Shown: positions 13,703 through 27,290, counted from the whole stretch's first letter. The stretch is DNA of 63,197 nucleotides, filler included, from Chiloscyllium plagiosum (GCF_004010195.1; 4 parts of one record of this genome joined end to end with filler, not necessarily neighbours in it); one strand, 5' to 3'. Numbers and translations: made by a program. The notes: generated from the sequence alone by a model not told the origin.

Positions 13703-14271
13703 ACCAAACGTTTTCCTTGTCTTGCTAACTGACCCTCTCAGATCCATTAATATTGGCAGGTTTCAGAGGTAGGCCCCTTCCAAATGGGCAACCTTCTGTT
13801 TCTCAAAGACAGATGGGTAGGTCAATTGATCAATTGAAACGGAGGCTGATAAATTTTTATCAGGCAAGATTATTACATATTCTGAAACAAGATAACTTAA
13901 ATGGTGTTAAGAAAAGGATGAGTTGTTGTCTAATCAAATTTTAGAACAGGAACAAGGAGCTGAATGGCCTCCTAGAGTAACTTGTTATAAAGTGCACTTC
14001 CTTTTTATTTTCAAAGTGGTTGGAATTTAAGATGTCTCAGGGTACTTTTAGCAAAGAATATCAGAACTATGGTATTTAGTTAATGATTCCTTCCAGTTTA
14101 TTATCCAGCTTTTAGATGAAGCCATGACTCTCTGGAAGGCTATAATATGTTACACCATGGTGTGATCTAATAACAGCCTACATCTGTGATTCTTCTCACA
14201 GTATGCCTTCCACTTTCGTCGCAAAACTGAAGGAGTTTATTAAGTAAAAGCATGGAAAATCGTAATGACAA

Positions 14272-15060
14272 ATGAAAGCAAAATACTGCAGATGCTGAAG
14301 ATCTGAGATAAAAACAAAGTGCTGGAGAAAGTCTGACAGGTCTGACTGCATCAATGAAAACAGAAGCAAAATTAATGTTTTAAGGCTGATATAGCTCTTC
14401 TTCAAAACTGAAGAAGGCTGGAAAATGATTGTTTATATGCTATATAATAGATAGTGAGGGAGTGTTAATAACAGAAGAGTGATATAGATGTGCGATGTCA
14501 GCTCTGTGAAGCAGAACCCGTGCATCAAGACACTTGAAGGAGGGGAAGCCGTCTTGAATGTGGGAACAGGGAGTAATCAGAGTAAAGGATGATGTTCATG
14601 CTCTGTAGCTGTTGAATCCTGAAGGCTGTAAAATGCCAAAACGAGGTACTGTTCCTCCTGCTTTTGTTGACATTCACTGGAACACCATAGCAGGCTTATT
14701 GATGGAGTAGAGGTGTTCCACAAGACACTCAACCAAGTCTGCATTTGGGCTCACCAATGTAGAGGAGACCCCGTTGTGAGCAGCGAATGCAGTAAATTGG
14801 ATTGAAAGAAGTACAAGGAAGTTATTGCTTCACCTAGATGGTGTGTCTGGGGCCTTGGACAATGTGGTGGGAGCAGGTAAAAGGACAAGAGCATGAGGAG
14901 GTGCCATAGGAAGCAAAGGTGGTGTGGAAGTGTTAGAGAGTGGCGGAGGAGTGATCAGGGTGTCAAAGAAGTACCAGATTATGTGGAAAGTGGACAAGGA
15001 AGGGGAGGAGAAGATGTGTTTGGTGCTGGCATCATGTTGGTGACAGGATGTTGGTTTGAT
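14272..15060 (-). mobile_element. Penelope-like element, GIY-YIG endonuclease relic plus 3' terminus
   Basis: Minus strand ~14850-14715 reads PCTSFNPIYCIRCSQRGLLYIGEPKCRLG with stops nearby; terminus at 14272-14420. Confidence 0.8.
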
Positions 15061-15710
15061 CCCCTGAATGCAAAGGCCATTGTGGCAAAATGTGAAGACA
15101 AAGATAGCTCTATCTTTATTCTCAATCAGTGGAAAGGCAAGAATTTCTATTTGAATTGATCCTTTTTTTCCATAGAAGCTAGGACATACTTGCCTTCTAA
15201 CTGTTATCCCTCATCTTCTTTAACCATAAATTTGGATAAGAGAGCACACTGTATTAAATTTCAAAGGAGCAACTATCAAAGTAGCTCATCAGACCATGAA
15301 TGAGTCCTGTTAAAAACAAAGCTACAAACCCCTGAGAATGTGGACTGCGTAACAATGTTTTTGAATGGATTAACCCAAACATTACAAAAGATAAATTGGA
15401 CATCAATGTCTAAAAATTCAATAGTGCCAGGTTTAAGCGTTGGGATTGTGATGCATGATTCCATCATCCCAATCTGAATTGATACAGGCTTTGTGCTCCC
15501 TGTTGTCTTCCACAACGCTGGTGATTATCCCATAACTAAATGTGTTGTTAATTGTTTTGGGAAGAATGCACGAGTATTCAAACCCCACTCTTCCACAAGT
15601 CACTGCATTAGTATGAAGGTTTTGATTCAAATTCCAACATGGACAATTGTTTCCCTTTTGTCTGAAAACAAAGGACAGAATTTGATAAATTCAAACAGTC
15701 CACCAGATTG

Positions 15711-16008
15711 TGGGTGGCACAGTGGTTAGCACTGCTGCCTCACAACACCAGAGACGTGGGCTCAATTCCCGCCTCAGGTGACTGACTGTGTGGAGTTTGC
15801 ACATTCTCCCTGTGTCTACGTGGGTTTCCTCTGGGTGCTCCGGTTTCCTCCCACAGTCCAAAAATGTGCAGGTTAGGTGAATTGGCCATGCTAAATTGCC
15901 TGTAGCCTTAGGCGAAGGGGTAAATGTAGGGGGATGGGTCTGGGTGGTTTGTGCTTCGGTGGGTCGGTGTGGACTTGTTCGGCCGAAGGGCCTGTAACTA
16001 ATCTAATT
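15711..16008 (+). mobile_element. HE1-type V-SINE
   Basis: Same head, V-domain and tail as 9234-9551. Confidence 0.9.
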
Positions 16009-16607
16009 TCTTGTTGATAATATTGAATTACTGACAACCTTAGACTGATTGAAGATCTTCCAATCAAGGCTTCAGGTTTGATAAAAATCAAGCTAAATCC
16101 AAGTCTTTGAATAGTGTCATCATTCTGACTCTTCAGGCTTTATAAAGTAAACAAGATATTGAGCTGTGGCAATTTTATGACATTTCCATGCATTTCAACC
16201 AAGAGGAAAAGAGATAGACTTGCAGATGGAACTGCTGCTTTGGGTGTTTTGTTTTCTTTCCCACATCCCCCTAGATTTGTGAAACAAAAATAAAACCCAG
16301 AAAGGGTTGCTAGGTAATCATGAGCACAATGGCTCCTATAGTTTCTTCCCAAGCCAGTTTTTCCAGCAATTAAGGGGAATAAATCTCATTCCCTATTTCC
16401 CTAAACATTTTATTTGGCTGTTTTTATGCTTACTCTCTCTAATGATCACAGCCCACATTAAACTGTTGTTCTGATTTTCAAGAAACTTTGAGTTTCTTTC
16501 ATATTGTTGGCTGTAATAAAAAGCATTTTTCATCCATGAAATGTTCAAAATGTTCAGTATTCCGTTTCAGTTCTCCATGTACTCTATAAATATAGACAGT
16601 ATCAAAG

Positions 16608-16870
16608 GAGGAGCAGCATGTTGAGGGGACTCGCAGGTTTGCGGGTGCTGTGCTGGAAGTTTTAGTGTTGAACGTTGAAAAGAGGAAAGAAGTCGTGTTC
16701 TGTAGGGATCAAAAAGGCCTTGTAACAAACACTGGTACAGGATGGAAGCAGATAGCCACAGAAGTCAATTCAAGGTGTGTGGCACCAATTACCTGTCTGT
16801 TGTAGTGCGAAAAGTTCAATGGCCCCATACAAATTATTGTGGTCAGTGAATGCACCTTCAAATGCCATCT
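16608..16870 (+). pseudogene. Myb/SANT-like DNA-binding domain relic (PIF/Harbinger accessory-protein type)
   Basis: Frame from 16608 (not in the ORF track): EEQHVEGTRRFAGAVLEVLVLNVEKRKEVVF...GWKQIATEVNSRCVAPITCLL*CEKFN. Confidence 0.65.
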
Positions 16871-17289
16871 GCCACCTATCATACCACCAAGCTCTCAAAT
16901 TTTTGAATGTACAAAGCACCATCACTCACCCATCAGCTACCTCTTGTAGACGGCATCCATAAATAATCCTGTATATGTTGGATTTTGCTGGAACCATCTG
17001 GGATGTCTTGGAAAGATTCATTACCATCAGTCTTATGGGTATCAAACTAAATTGCTGGTGTAAGTTAGGGGATGGATGGCCTTGTGTCATGTTAGGCAAA
17101 TGCTAGGCATTGTTCTGATGAGCAGAATATATTTATTAAATGCTGCTTAATAACTAAGCCCATTACATCTGGAATAGATCATGGCTTCTTGTGAGATAAC
17201 AGTCTCAACATAAGTGTAAATTCATATGACAACTAAAATATTATCACACAACTTTGATAACAAGAACAGAAATAGTTAGCAAAATCAAA

Positions 17290-17422
17290 ATCAAAATCAA
17301 AGAACTGTGGATGCTGTAAATCAGAAACAAAAACAGAGATTGTTGGAAAACCACAGATGGCAGTATCTGTGGAGACAAAGCAGGGTTAACATTTTGGATA
17401 CAGTGACCCTTTTTTCAGAAAT
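17290..17422 (-). mobile_element. PLE 3'-terminus fragment (family B)
   Basis: aaagaactgtggatgctgtaaatcagaaacaaaaacagag...cagtgaccctttttcagaa. Confidence 0.7.
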
Positions 17423-17482
17423 AGCTAGCTCCACCCACCTACAGTCCTTTTTGTCCTGGTGGGTGTAAATGATCATGTCAGT

Positions 17483-18261
17483 TGTAGTGATTGGAACCAG
17501 ATAGATCTCATTGACTACGAGATCTTTAATTGAGGCTGTTACCATGGGCCAATCAGGAAAGCGCTGGCTGACCAAACAAACAGGAGTTAAAAAGAAAAAA
17601 AACAAATAGGAGTTAACATTTTGGATCTTGTAATTTTGTGTATTTCCAGGATTTCACTTGTTAAGCATAGGAATTTAAGATGTTGAATAACACAAACTAT
17701 TGAATGTGATGCTGTTCTATTTACGTGAACAAAGATTGGAAAGTAATGCACGACTTTGTTCCATTTGTATACATGGTGTGAATAGTTTAACGTACATTAT
17801 GAAGGGTTTTGTTTTTGGCCTCTGTTACTGAATACAAATCTGTCAAGCAATCTGTGAAGTAATACTTATAATACTTTGCCTTTTGATGATATTTAAAATA
17901 AAGGTCACTAATAATGATGGTGAATTTTTAAAAAGTACATAAACAGGTGTTAAATTATAATCTCCTCAGTTGAGGATTAAAGAAAAGAAAAAATATAACC
18001 AGGAGATTCCTCAGTGCAGGGAGCTGACTCTGAACTGGCTGGCCATGCAGCCAGTGTGTTGTTGTTGATTTTGTTTTTGGAAACTTGATTTCTGAACAAC
18101 ACAAAAAGAAGAAAAAGAAAAAATATGATATAAATTAGAAATTAGAATTGCCTCAGTTCAAGTGACTGACTCCGAGCTGGCTGGCCACAGCCGATGTACC
18201 GTGTACAAGTAAATACATGGTGACTTGGTGATGGGATACCAGCCTCTGTGTGGTTATTTCA
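17483..18261 (+). mobile_element. Solo LTR, internally expanded
   Basis: TG...CA; TSD TCAGT at 17478-17482 and 18262-18266; both ends homologous to the 225-bp LTR at 48746-48970. Confidence 0.7.
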
Positions 18262-18376
18262 TCAGTTAACCCTTTTCAGGTACTAACTGCTTAACAAAGC
18301 ATTGGATTTAGATTCTCCACTTGCCCGGTGCACATTTACCAATGTTTCCACTCTCTTGCTTGTGTTCAGACAATGT

Positions 18377-18465
18377 CCTGAAGAAGGGCTCATGCCTGAA
18401 ACGTTGATTCTCCTGATCCTTGGATGCTGCCTGACCTGCTGCGCTTTTCCAGCAACACATTTTCA
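18377..18465 (+). mobile_element. 89-bp PLE-terminus insertion with hammerhead core
   Basis: Starts cCTGAAGAagggctcatgcctGAAAcgtt; 13-bp TSD GTTCAGACAATGT at 18364-18376 and 18466-18478. Confidence 0.85.
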
Positions 18466-18669
18466 GTTCAGACAATGTTGTCTACTTGACTATGTCTTAC
18501 AGCTTTATGCCATACTCAGTGGTACTGCTGTTCCTTCATCTTGCAGAAGGCTGTGCAGACCAGGAGATGGTGGTAGGAGAAAAAGAGAGGGACGATATTC
18601 TTGTGTTTGCTGAATCCCTTCAAGGAGATGGTGCTGTGAATCATGAGATTGGTAACCACTGAGTCTGAG

Positions 18670-18895
18670 CTGAAAAATGTGTTGCTGGAAAAGTGCAGCA
18701 GGTCAGGCAGCATCCATGGATCAGGAGAATCGACGGTTCAGGCATAAGCCCTTCTTCAGGAACCGGCTTATGCCCGAAACGTCGATTCTCCTGCTCCTTG
18801 GATGCTGCCTGACCTGCTGCGCTTTTCCAGCAACACATTTTTCAGCTCTGATCTCCAGCATCTGCAGTCCTCACTTTCTCCTAGTTGATTTTAAG
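18670..18895. mobile_element. Palindromic PLE-terminus element (family A)
   Basis: ~85-bp inverted arms; 13-bp TSD CACTGAGTCTGAG at 18657-18669 and 18896-18908. Confidence 0.88.
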
Positions 18896-20184
18896 CACTG
18901 AGTCTGAGACAATTCCTGTAACAAGAGCATTCAGGGTGATGGTATTTTCCTGCATAATGCGCCTTTTAAAATCTTACTTTAACCTCATAGCATTATGTGC
19001 GTTGAAGTGGAAGTTGCAGATAACTTGACTGTACAGCTTTTGTTATTCATTCCCACCACCCAGTTATGCTGTTATGCCTCCATGAATCTAATAACTACAT
19101 CCGTGCAGCAAGTGAAACCTCATGAGGAAGACCAAGAATTCTGAAAAGTTCAACAACAATTCATTAAGACTCCTTCGACAGCACCTTCCAGACCCACAAA
19201 TACTACCACCTGCAAGGAAAATGTTAGCACTCATTCCCTTCTAAGCTGCACATTATTCTGACTTGGAACTATATCACCATTCATTGCTGAGTCAAAATTA
19301 AAAGCAGGACAGTTGAAGTGATGAGGGTAAAGTCCTGATTTTGTGTTTCTTGCTACTGGAAGTATAGGATCATTGATTTTACACTATAATCTTACTGATT
19401 GCAATAATATTTTGCATCCTCTGAACAGTTTGAGATAATTTCTCAGTGAAAAAAATATTATGTCAGTATTGTGCACTCCCGTCTGAATTTCTGTTTGGAG
19501 CTGTACCAATCCATAAAGTCAATTATTTTCTAAAGAATTTTGAATACGATTCACGATGTGCTGACCAAGGTTCCAATTACTCCCCTCCTCTTTCTTTCAA
19601 CAAAAGAGATCTTGTTAATCTTTATAGGTGATTAAGTTATGTCCATAGAAATGTTGGTAACAAAGATTATGAGAAGAACTAACTTTAATGTGTAATGGGC
19701 AAGAGTAAATGCATTCTGATTAGGTGCAATATAGGCAGTTAACATAAAAATAGAGAGGCTAGAGCAAGCAGGAGATTGGATAAAATAGGACCATCATACA
19801 CTTAAAGAGGATAATAGAAGAAGGAAAATACACTCATAGAAACATAGCAATCAAATTTTGAAATGTTATTTCTTGACAATGAATTAACAATGGAAAATCT
19901 TGACTATATGCTCTACATTAGCAAGCTTTGAATTCCTATTGATTCATTCTGTTCAATAACTTACTTCACTATTTCATTTTCATAAATGGAATGAAAATTG
20001 ATTAAGGTGAAATAATACCATGTTTGATGATAATATCCAAATTAGGATTTAGGGCAAAAAATGAGTAAGAAGGTGATGTGGGCAGGTCTTTGAAGTTACA
20101 CAGATAAATGGATAATATTAATTAATCCAAAAAAACATAGTTTTGGGGGGGGGAAAAGACAATGGAGTTATGGCATGAAAAGAT

Positions 20185-20490
20185 ATAGGGTCATAGAGTC
20201 ATAGAAATGTACAAAACAGAAACAGGTCCATGCTGACCAGATATCCTCAATCAACCTACTTCCATTTTCCAGCATTTGGCCCATATCCCTCTAAACTCTT
20301 CCTATTCATATACCCATCCAGATTCCTTTTAAATGTTGTAATTGTACCAGCCTCCACCACTACCTCTGGCAGCTCATTCCATACATGGACCACCCTCTGC
20401 GTCAAAAAGTTGCTCTTTACGTTCCTTTTAAATCTTTCCTCTCTCCCCTTAAATCTATACCCTCTAGTTCTGGACTCCCTCACACCAGGG
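20185..20490 (-). mobile_element. CR1 3' end
   Basis: NFLTQRVVHVWNELPEVVVEAGTITTFKRNLDGYM; actctatg-type tail. Confidence 0.88.
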
Positions 20491-20774
20491 AATAATAATC
20501 TTAACTGAATGAATCAACAGAAACGAATGTGTCTGCAAAATGTGATAAACTTTGAAGGTTGGAATGTAAATATGAATAGCCGTAAAAATTGCGAAGGTAT
20601 TCTGAAATTTATCTTTCCGGACAGAATGTCACCAAGGAGAAATAAAGAAGTTGTTCAAAATATTGACCCAGAATTTGCTATTGGTATGTCTTATGCTTCT
20701 CTTTCAGCTCAAAAGATTGTCTTAACTATGAGTTAATAATGCACAGCATTTAAAAATAGCAAGGACAACAAGAC

Positions 20775-22270
20775 ATAGATCCATAGAGATGTACAGCATG
20801 GAAACAGACCCATCAGTCCAACTTGCCCATGCCGACCAGATATCCTAAATTAACCTACTCCCATTTGCCAGCATTTGGCCCATATCCCTCCAAACCCTTC
20901 CTATTCATATACCCATCCAGATGCTTCTTAAATGCTTTAATTGTACTGGCCTCCACCACTTATCCATGCCCGTCATAATTTTATAAACCTCTATAAGGTC
21001 ACCCGTCAGCCTTTGATGCTCCAGTGAAACAGCCCTAGCCTATTCAGCCTCTCCTCTTGCTCAAACCCTCCAACCCTGGCTACATCCCTGTAAATCTTTT
21101 CTGAACCCTTTCAAGTTTCACAACATCCTTCCTATAGCATGGAGACCAGAATTGAACACAATATTCCAAAAGTAGCCTAACCAATGTCCTATACACCTGC
21201 AACATGACCTCCCAACTCCTATACTCAATGCACTAACCAATAAAGGAAAGCACTTCTTCACTATCCTATCTACCTGCAACTCCACTTTCAAGGAGCTATG
21301 AACCTGAACTTCAAGATCCAAAATGCAGACCCTCACATTGATCTAAATTAAACTCTATCTGCCACTCCTCGGCCCATCGGTCCCACCGATCAAGGTCTTG
21401 TTGTACTCTTCTTCGCTGTCCAATACACTTCCAATTGAGGTTTTATCTGCACATTTACTAGCCATACCTCCCATATTCACATCCAAATCTTTTATATAAT
21501 TGACAAAAAGCAGTAGACCCTGCACTGATCCTTGTGGCACACCACTGGTGACAGGCCTCCAGTCCAAAAAGCCATCCTCCACCTCTACCTTCTGTCTCCA
21601 ACCTTCTAGCCATTTTTGTATCCAAATGGCTAGTTTTCCCTTTATTCCATGTAATCTAATCATGTCAACCAGCCTACCATGCAGAACCTTGTTGAACACA
21701 TCACTGAAGGCCACATAGACAATGTCCACCACTCTGCCTTAACCAACCTCTTCAACACTGCTTCAAAAAATTCAATCAAGTTAGTGAGACATGATATCCC
21801 ACACTCAAAACCATGTTGAATATCCCTAAGTAGTCCTTGTCTTTCTAAATAAATGTAAAGTCTGTCCCTCAGAAGCCCTCCAACACCCTGCCCACCACTG
21901 ATGTCAGGTTCATTGGTTTATAGTTCCTTGCTTTTTGTTACCACCTGCCTGAAATAATGGCACAATATTCACCAACATTCAGTCTTCTGGTACCTCAACC
22001 GTTGCTGTTGCTGATACAAATACCTCAGCAAGGGGCCCAGTAAGCACTTCACTAGCTTCCCACAAGTTCTAGGATCGACCTGATCTGGTCCCGGGGATTA
22101 ATCCACCTTGTGCATTTTACAGCATGCAGCACCTTCTCCTGTGTGAAATGGACATTTTTCAAGATATTGCTATTTATTTCCCCAAGTTCTCTTGTTTCCA
22201 TATCTTTCTCCATAGAAAACACTGATGCAAAATATTTGTTTAGTGTCTCCCCCATTTCCTGCAGTTCCAG
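20775..22270 (-). mobile_element. CR1 LINE fragment
   Basis: VTSGVPQGSVQGLLLFVNYIKDLD; ETLNKYFASVF. Confidence 0.9.
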
Positions 22271-22439
22271 GGAGTTGGGACCTTAATGAGAGCAGGATAG
22301 GTTCTCTATTTCTTTAAATACTTAAAGATATGAATGAAGAAATATGGGGATGACTAAATGGAAATAGGTTTAACTGAAATCCAATTGAATGAAGAAAGAG
22401 AGGAAAAGAAAGAAACTCATTTGAGAGAAAGAAACTCGT

Positions 22440-22612
22440 TTAAGAAAGAGTTGGATAGAGCGCTCAAGGATTGTGGAATCAAGGTTATGGAGATAAGGCA
22501 GGAACAGGATACTGATTAAGGATGATCAGCCATGATCATATTGAATGGTGGTGCAGGCTCGAAGGGCAGAATGGCCTACTCCTGCACCTATTGTCTATTG
22601 TCTATTGTCTAT
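22440..22612 (+). mobile_element. CR1 3' end with (ttgtcta)n tail
   Basis: gatcagccatgatcatattgaatggtggtgcaggctcgaagggcagaatggcctactcc followed by tandem ttgtcta. Confidence 0.8.
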
Positions 22613-23169
22613 TCAGAGAGAACATAACTAATGAGTTAGAAATAAACAGGAAGGAACAAGCATTCAATCCTCGGAATAATTTACCACTTGCAAAAAAGAG
22701 ACTCCACACTTTCAATTATCCCTTTTTGGACCACAGCAATTGAATAGCATTAACAGGGAATAAAAAGTGAATTGTGTCCCATATTGTTAAGTACAGGCCC
22801 TAAATTTCTGCAAGTGACTTTTTTTAACAGCGCAAATGCTGCAATTGCTTGAATTGTTTTATTTTGATTATCAACCAGTCTAAGGTTGGTGCAAATCATC
22901 CAGGCATTCATGTACATTCACAACAAAGGACATATAGAACATAGAACATAGAAGAATACAGCGCAGTACAGGCCCTTTGGCCCTCGATGTTGCGCCACTC
23001 CAAGCCCACCTAGCCTACACTAGCCCACTATCCTCCATATGCCTATCCAATGCCCGCTTAAATGCCCATAATGAGGGAGAGTCCACCACTGCTACTGGCA
23101 GGGCATTCCATGAACTCACGACTCGCTGAGTAAAGAACCTACCCCTAACATCTATCCTATACCTACCCC

Positions 23170-23269
23170 NNNNNNNNNNNNNNNNNNNNNNNNNNNNNNN
23201 NNNNNNNNNNNNNTTAATTAATTAANNNNNNNNNNNNNNNNNNNNNNNNNNNNNNNNNNNNNNNNNNNN
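23170..23269. other. Assembly gap with artificial TTAATTAATTAA linker
   Basis: N-run, 12-mer with stops in all six frames, N-run; identical at 53437-53536 and 58256-58355. Confidence 0.9.
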
Positions 23270-23666
23270 AACCTCAGCCCAAACTACCTCAGGTGGCAAG
23301 TCCTCATCCATCGTCCTTTCCACCTCTGTAATACTATCTTTGACAAGCAATGTCATACCTCCCCCTCTTTTACCCCCACCTCTGTCCCTACTAAAACATT
23401 TAAATCCTGGAACCCGCAACTGCCAATCCTGTCCCTGTTCTAGCCATGTCTCCGTAATAGCCACAACATCGAAGTCCCAGGTACCTACCCACGCTGCAAG
23501 TTCACCTACCTTATTTCGTATACTTCTTGCATTGAAGTATACACACTTCAAGCCACTTTCCTGTTTACAGGCACCCTCCTTTGAAATTTATGCCATGTTC
23601 CTAACCTCCCTACACTCCTGGCCCTGCACCCTAAAGCTACAGTCTGGTTCCCATGCCCCTGCAGAG

Positions 23667-24592
23667 TTAGTTTAAACCCCGCCCAAGAGCACTAGCAAAC
23701 CTCCCCCCAAGGATACTGGTGCCCCTCAGTTTCAGGTGTAGACCATCCTGTTTATAGAGGTCCCACCGTCCCCAGAAAGAACCCCAGTTATCCAAAAACC
23801 GGAATCCCTCCCTCCTGCACCATCCCTGTTGCCACGCATTTAAGTGTTCTCTTTCCCTATTCCTCGAATCTCTATCACGTGGCACGGGTAACAAACCAGA
23901 GACAACAACTCTGTTCGTTCTAACTCTGAGCTTCCAACCTAGCTCCCTGAAAGCCTGTCTAACATCCTCGGCACTCCTCTTACCTATGTCGTTGGTGCCA
24001 ATATGGACCACGACTTCGGGCTGGTCCCCCTCCCCCTCCAGGACCCGGGAAACACGATCAGAGACATCACGTACCCTTGCACCTGGGGGGCAACATACCA
24101 AACGTGAGTCTCTCTCGTTCCCACAAAACCGCCTATCTGTGCCCCTAACTATCGAGTCCCCAATTACTACTGCTCTGCTCTTCTTCACCCTTCCCTTCTG
24201 AGTAACGGGGACAGGCTCCGTGCCAGAGGCCTGGGCCCCGTTACTTACCCCTGGTAAGTCATCCCCTCCACAAGTATCCAAAACGGTATACTTGTTCTTG
24301 AGGGGAACGGCCGCAGGGGTCCCTGCACTGGCTGCTTCTTCCCAGTCCCCCTCACTGTCACCCATCTATCTTTCATCTTTGGAGTTACTACTTCCCTAAA
24401 GCTCCGATTTATGACCCCCTCTGCCTCCCGAATGATCCTAAGTTCATCCAACTCCAGCTCCAGTTCCCTAACACGGTCTTGGAGGAGCTGGAGATGGGTG
24501 CACTTCCTGCAAGTGTAATCAGCAGGGACGTCCATGGCATCCCTCACCTCAAACATGTTGCAAGGGGAAAATTGCACTGCCTTCACTGCCAT
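23667..24592 (-). CDS. CR1 ORF1p: Zn-finger/coiled-coil N-terminus plus SGNH esterase domain, one frameshift near 24320
   Basis: CNM...CRKC + LQDRVRELELELDEL; GDSIVRG, PGARVRDV, HIGTNDI, DGLHL (SGNH blocks I, II, III, V). Confidence 0.85.
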
Positions 24593-26304
24593 CCCTCTAA
24601 AAGTAACCTTTTTTTAAAAAAAAAACTGGGTGTAAAGAATAGAACAAGCAAAATGCAGCACTTACCTACTTACCACAACGGGTCTTATTGAAATGAGACT
24701 TGAACTGACAACTCTGTACCTCACCAGCAAGATCAATTGAGCTATCTCTTCCCGTTACAAATTGCTGGGTTATTTGCACCTTCATACTTGAATACACCAT
24801 GAACTCACCATTATCTTTCCTTCAAGTTCTGGTCAATGTTTTCACTCTTTTCTAGCTACTTCAAGTCAGTTGTCATAAAGTACTTATTGCATATACATGG
24901 GAGAGTGCGGGTAAGTGACATTGAAATGCCCATTAGCCATGATTGAATGGCAGAGTGGACTTAATGGGCCAAAGGCTTTACTTTCACTTCTTTGTCTTAT
25001 GGTCTTATTGTCTTATGATCATTCAGAAGAATCTGAAGTATCCATGAATTCATAAATGTGACCTAACACTTCCTGTTAAACAGATTGATTCTATATATAT
25101 TTTATGTATTGTAATAAAATAATAGAGTACAAAATAGTGATTGATTAATTAGCTCATGCTTTAGTTTCAGATATTAAATTTAAAACTATAATTCCGATAA
25201 TATTCCCGCATTGAAAGTAGAATTACTTTTCTTTCTATAGTATTTACTTTTTTAACTTGGTTTCATTTGCACAAACCTATAATGAATATTGTTTTGTCCT
25301 AAATTTTAATTTATTATCTTCTGCCCAGGGTAAAGTAATGAGGCTGACCAAATATATTTTTGAATGCCTTTAGATATAAATCTGACAGATTTATTTCCAG
25401 TTGAGAAAAAAATTCCATAAAGCTAACTCAGTCTGTGAATATTTAGCCCTTGTAATGAATAAAAATACAAGAATTATGGATCAGAATCGCAATTCATTAT
25501 TATCAGAGTGCCTGAATCCAAAGTTCCCATTGCAAAATAGCAAATAGGTTCAGCAGATATCAAAACCATCAGCATAAAATAGTATTGCTTGGGGCAGAGA
25601 TTTTGGATTAACATTTAATGAGATGCTTCTCCATTCACAATCCATTGTTTTTGCAGTCATTTCATGATAGTTTTGTTCATGACTTTGAACGCAATAAGCC
25701 AAGCACAATTTTGCATCAAGTGAGATAGTGTCTCATTTTGGCAAGGCAAGTATTTCTTTCCAGGGCTTTCACAAAACACAACGCAAGTACTTTGTGAATA
25801 ATTACATTCTGTTCATAGTTATGGGAAAGACGTTAATTTAGCAATGAAGGATGCAGACAATTCTTATTGGTTTATAGCTCTATTTCTTCTTTCATTCCAA
25901 ATAGTTGTTTGCTTTTCTATTAAGCTTATGCAGTCAACTTCAGTCAATATGACCTTCATTTTCTTTTTAATTTTTTCCTTCTATTGATACAACTGACAAT
26001 AGTCTGGATTTTATTGACCTTTCTTGCATTCTTCCTCTGAAGCTATAACATGCTACTATCCAAGCTATTCCGTCTCAATGTATTCATGCTGAAGAATTAT
26101 ATTTCTATGGCATTTTGCCATTGTGTCCTTGCAACTTTGTCTGCAAGATCACAGAATTTCAGGAAACTGGAATCAGTGGTGTTTTTTAATAGTGTTGGGG
26201 AGCATCCATTAAAGTTATGTCAAAGGAGCTGAAGAATAACTGAGGAGACCTACTCATGAGATAACACTCACTTGTGACCATTTTCTCACAGATTTCGACT
26301 TGTG

Positions 26305-26771
26305 TTAATTCATTCACAGGATGGTACCATCACTGGATGTGTCAGCATTAATTGCCCGTCTCAAATTCGCCAGAGAGCAGTTAAGAGTCAACCACATTGC
26401 TGTGGGTCTGGAATCACATGTAGGCCAGACCAGGTAAGGATGACAGTTTCATTCCCTCAAGGACATTAATGAACCTGATGGGGTTTTCTCCCACAAATCA
26501 GTAATGGTTTCCCGGTCACCATGAAAATTTTAGTCCCAGATTTTTTTTTTGAATAAAATTTCCACCACCTGCCATGGCAGGATTTGAACCTCGGTTCCCA
26601 GAACATTGCTAGGGTCTCTGGATGAGTAGTCTGGGGATAATACCAGTAGAGTTGAAAAGTGTGGCATTGGAAAAGCACAGCAGGTTAGGCAGCATCTGAG
26701 GAGCAGGAGAATTGATGTTTTGGGCATAAGCCCTGCATCAGGAATAATGCCATTAGGCCACTGCCCCCCCA
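26305..26771 (-). mobile_element. tRNA-derived SINE (same family as 61872-62255) with a PLE family-A insertion at ~26650-26743
   Basis: Reverse complement of the 61872 element; the insert is bounded by ataataccagtag / ataatgccattag. Confidence 0.75.
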
Positions 26772-27039
26772 TTATAATACTGAAGTTTGATTTCCACCAA
26801 TCTGACTGGCCAGCAGCTCCATAATCTCAACAGCGTAGGGTGCTGTATGCATGGTGATCTCATTATGGTTAGGGGAGGTGAGGTCAAGTCAAGCAGGAGG
26901 TCGGGAGTAGTGAGAAGATGCTTCGTTGGAGAGACTGGGATGGGAGAAGACCTGGGCGGTAGGTGGGGAGGGGGTATACAATGAGGAAAGGGAGCTGTTG
27001 ATGGTGGCTCCCCCTCCCTTCTAAAGCAGGTTAGCACAA

Positions 27040-27290
27040 CAAAACCATTTTCATCTACTTATCAGCTTTTCTTTCTCCAAGTCTTCTGTTACCCCTGCAT
27101 CCGCGTAATTATCTTTCTCCACCCCCCAACCCCCCTCCCCCCACCACCTCCCTCCATCTCCAGCATAAACCGTTCCTTGGTAACTGCCAGGTCTGAAGAA
27201 GACTCACCCTGAAGTGTTAATTTGGCTTTCTCTCCATAGGTGCTGCCATCAGACTCTGCTGAGTTTCTCCAGCAATTTCTGTTTCAGGCC
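27040..27290 (+). mobile_element. PLE 3' UTR and terminus (family B), decayed
   Basis: C-rich tract then gtctgaagaagactcacc...tgctgagtttctccagcaatttctgtttc. Confidence 0.6.

Larger units (their letters stand above)
22933..24690 (-). mobile_element. Young, apparently full-length CR1 LINE whose middle is lost in an assembly gap
   Basis: ORF1, then ORF2 start (APE: YFNARSIRNK...VAITETWL), gap, then a 3' end with (ttctatg)n nearly identical to 62411-62650. Confidence 0.88.

Noticed and set aside
15276..15729. Cluster of short overlapping ORFs in non-repeat DNA
   Set aside because: No recognisable domain or consistent splice structure.
18641..18901. Recurrent short ORFs (MCCWKSAAGQAAS / MLPDLLCFSS)
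   Set aside because: They are translations of the non-coding PLE terminus on both strands, not a peptide family.
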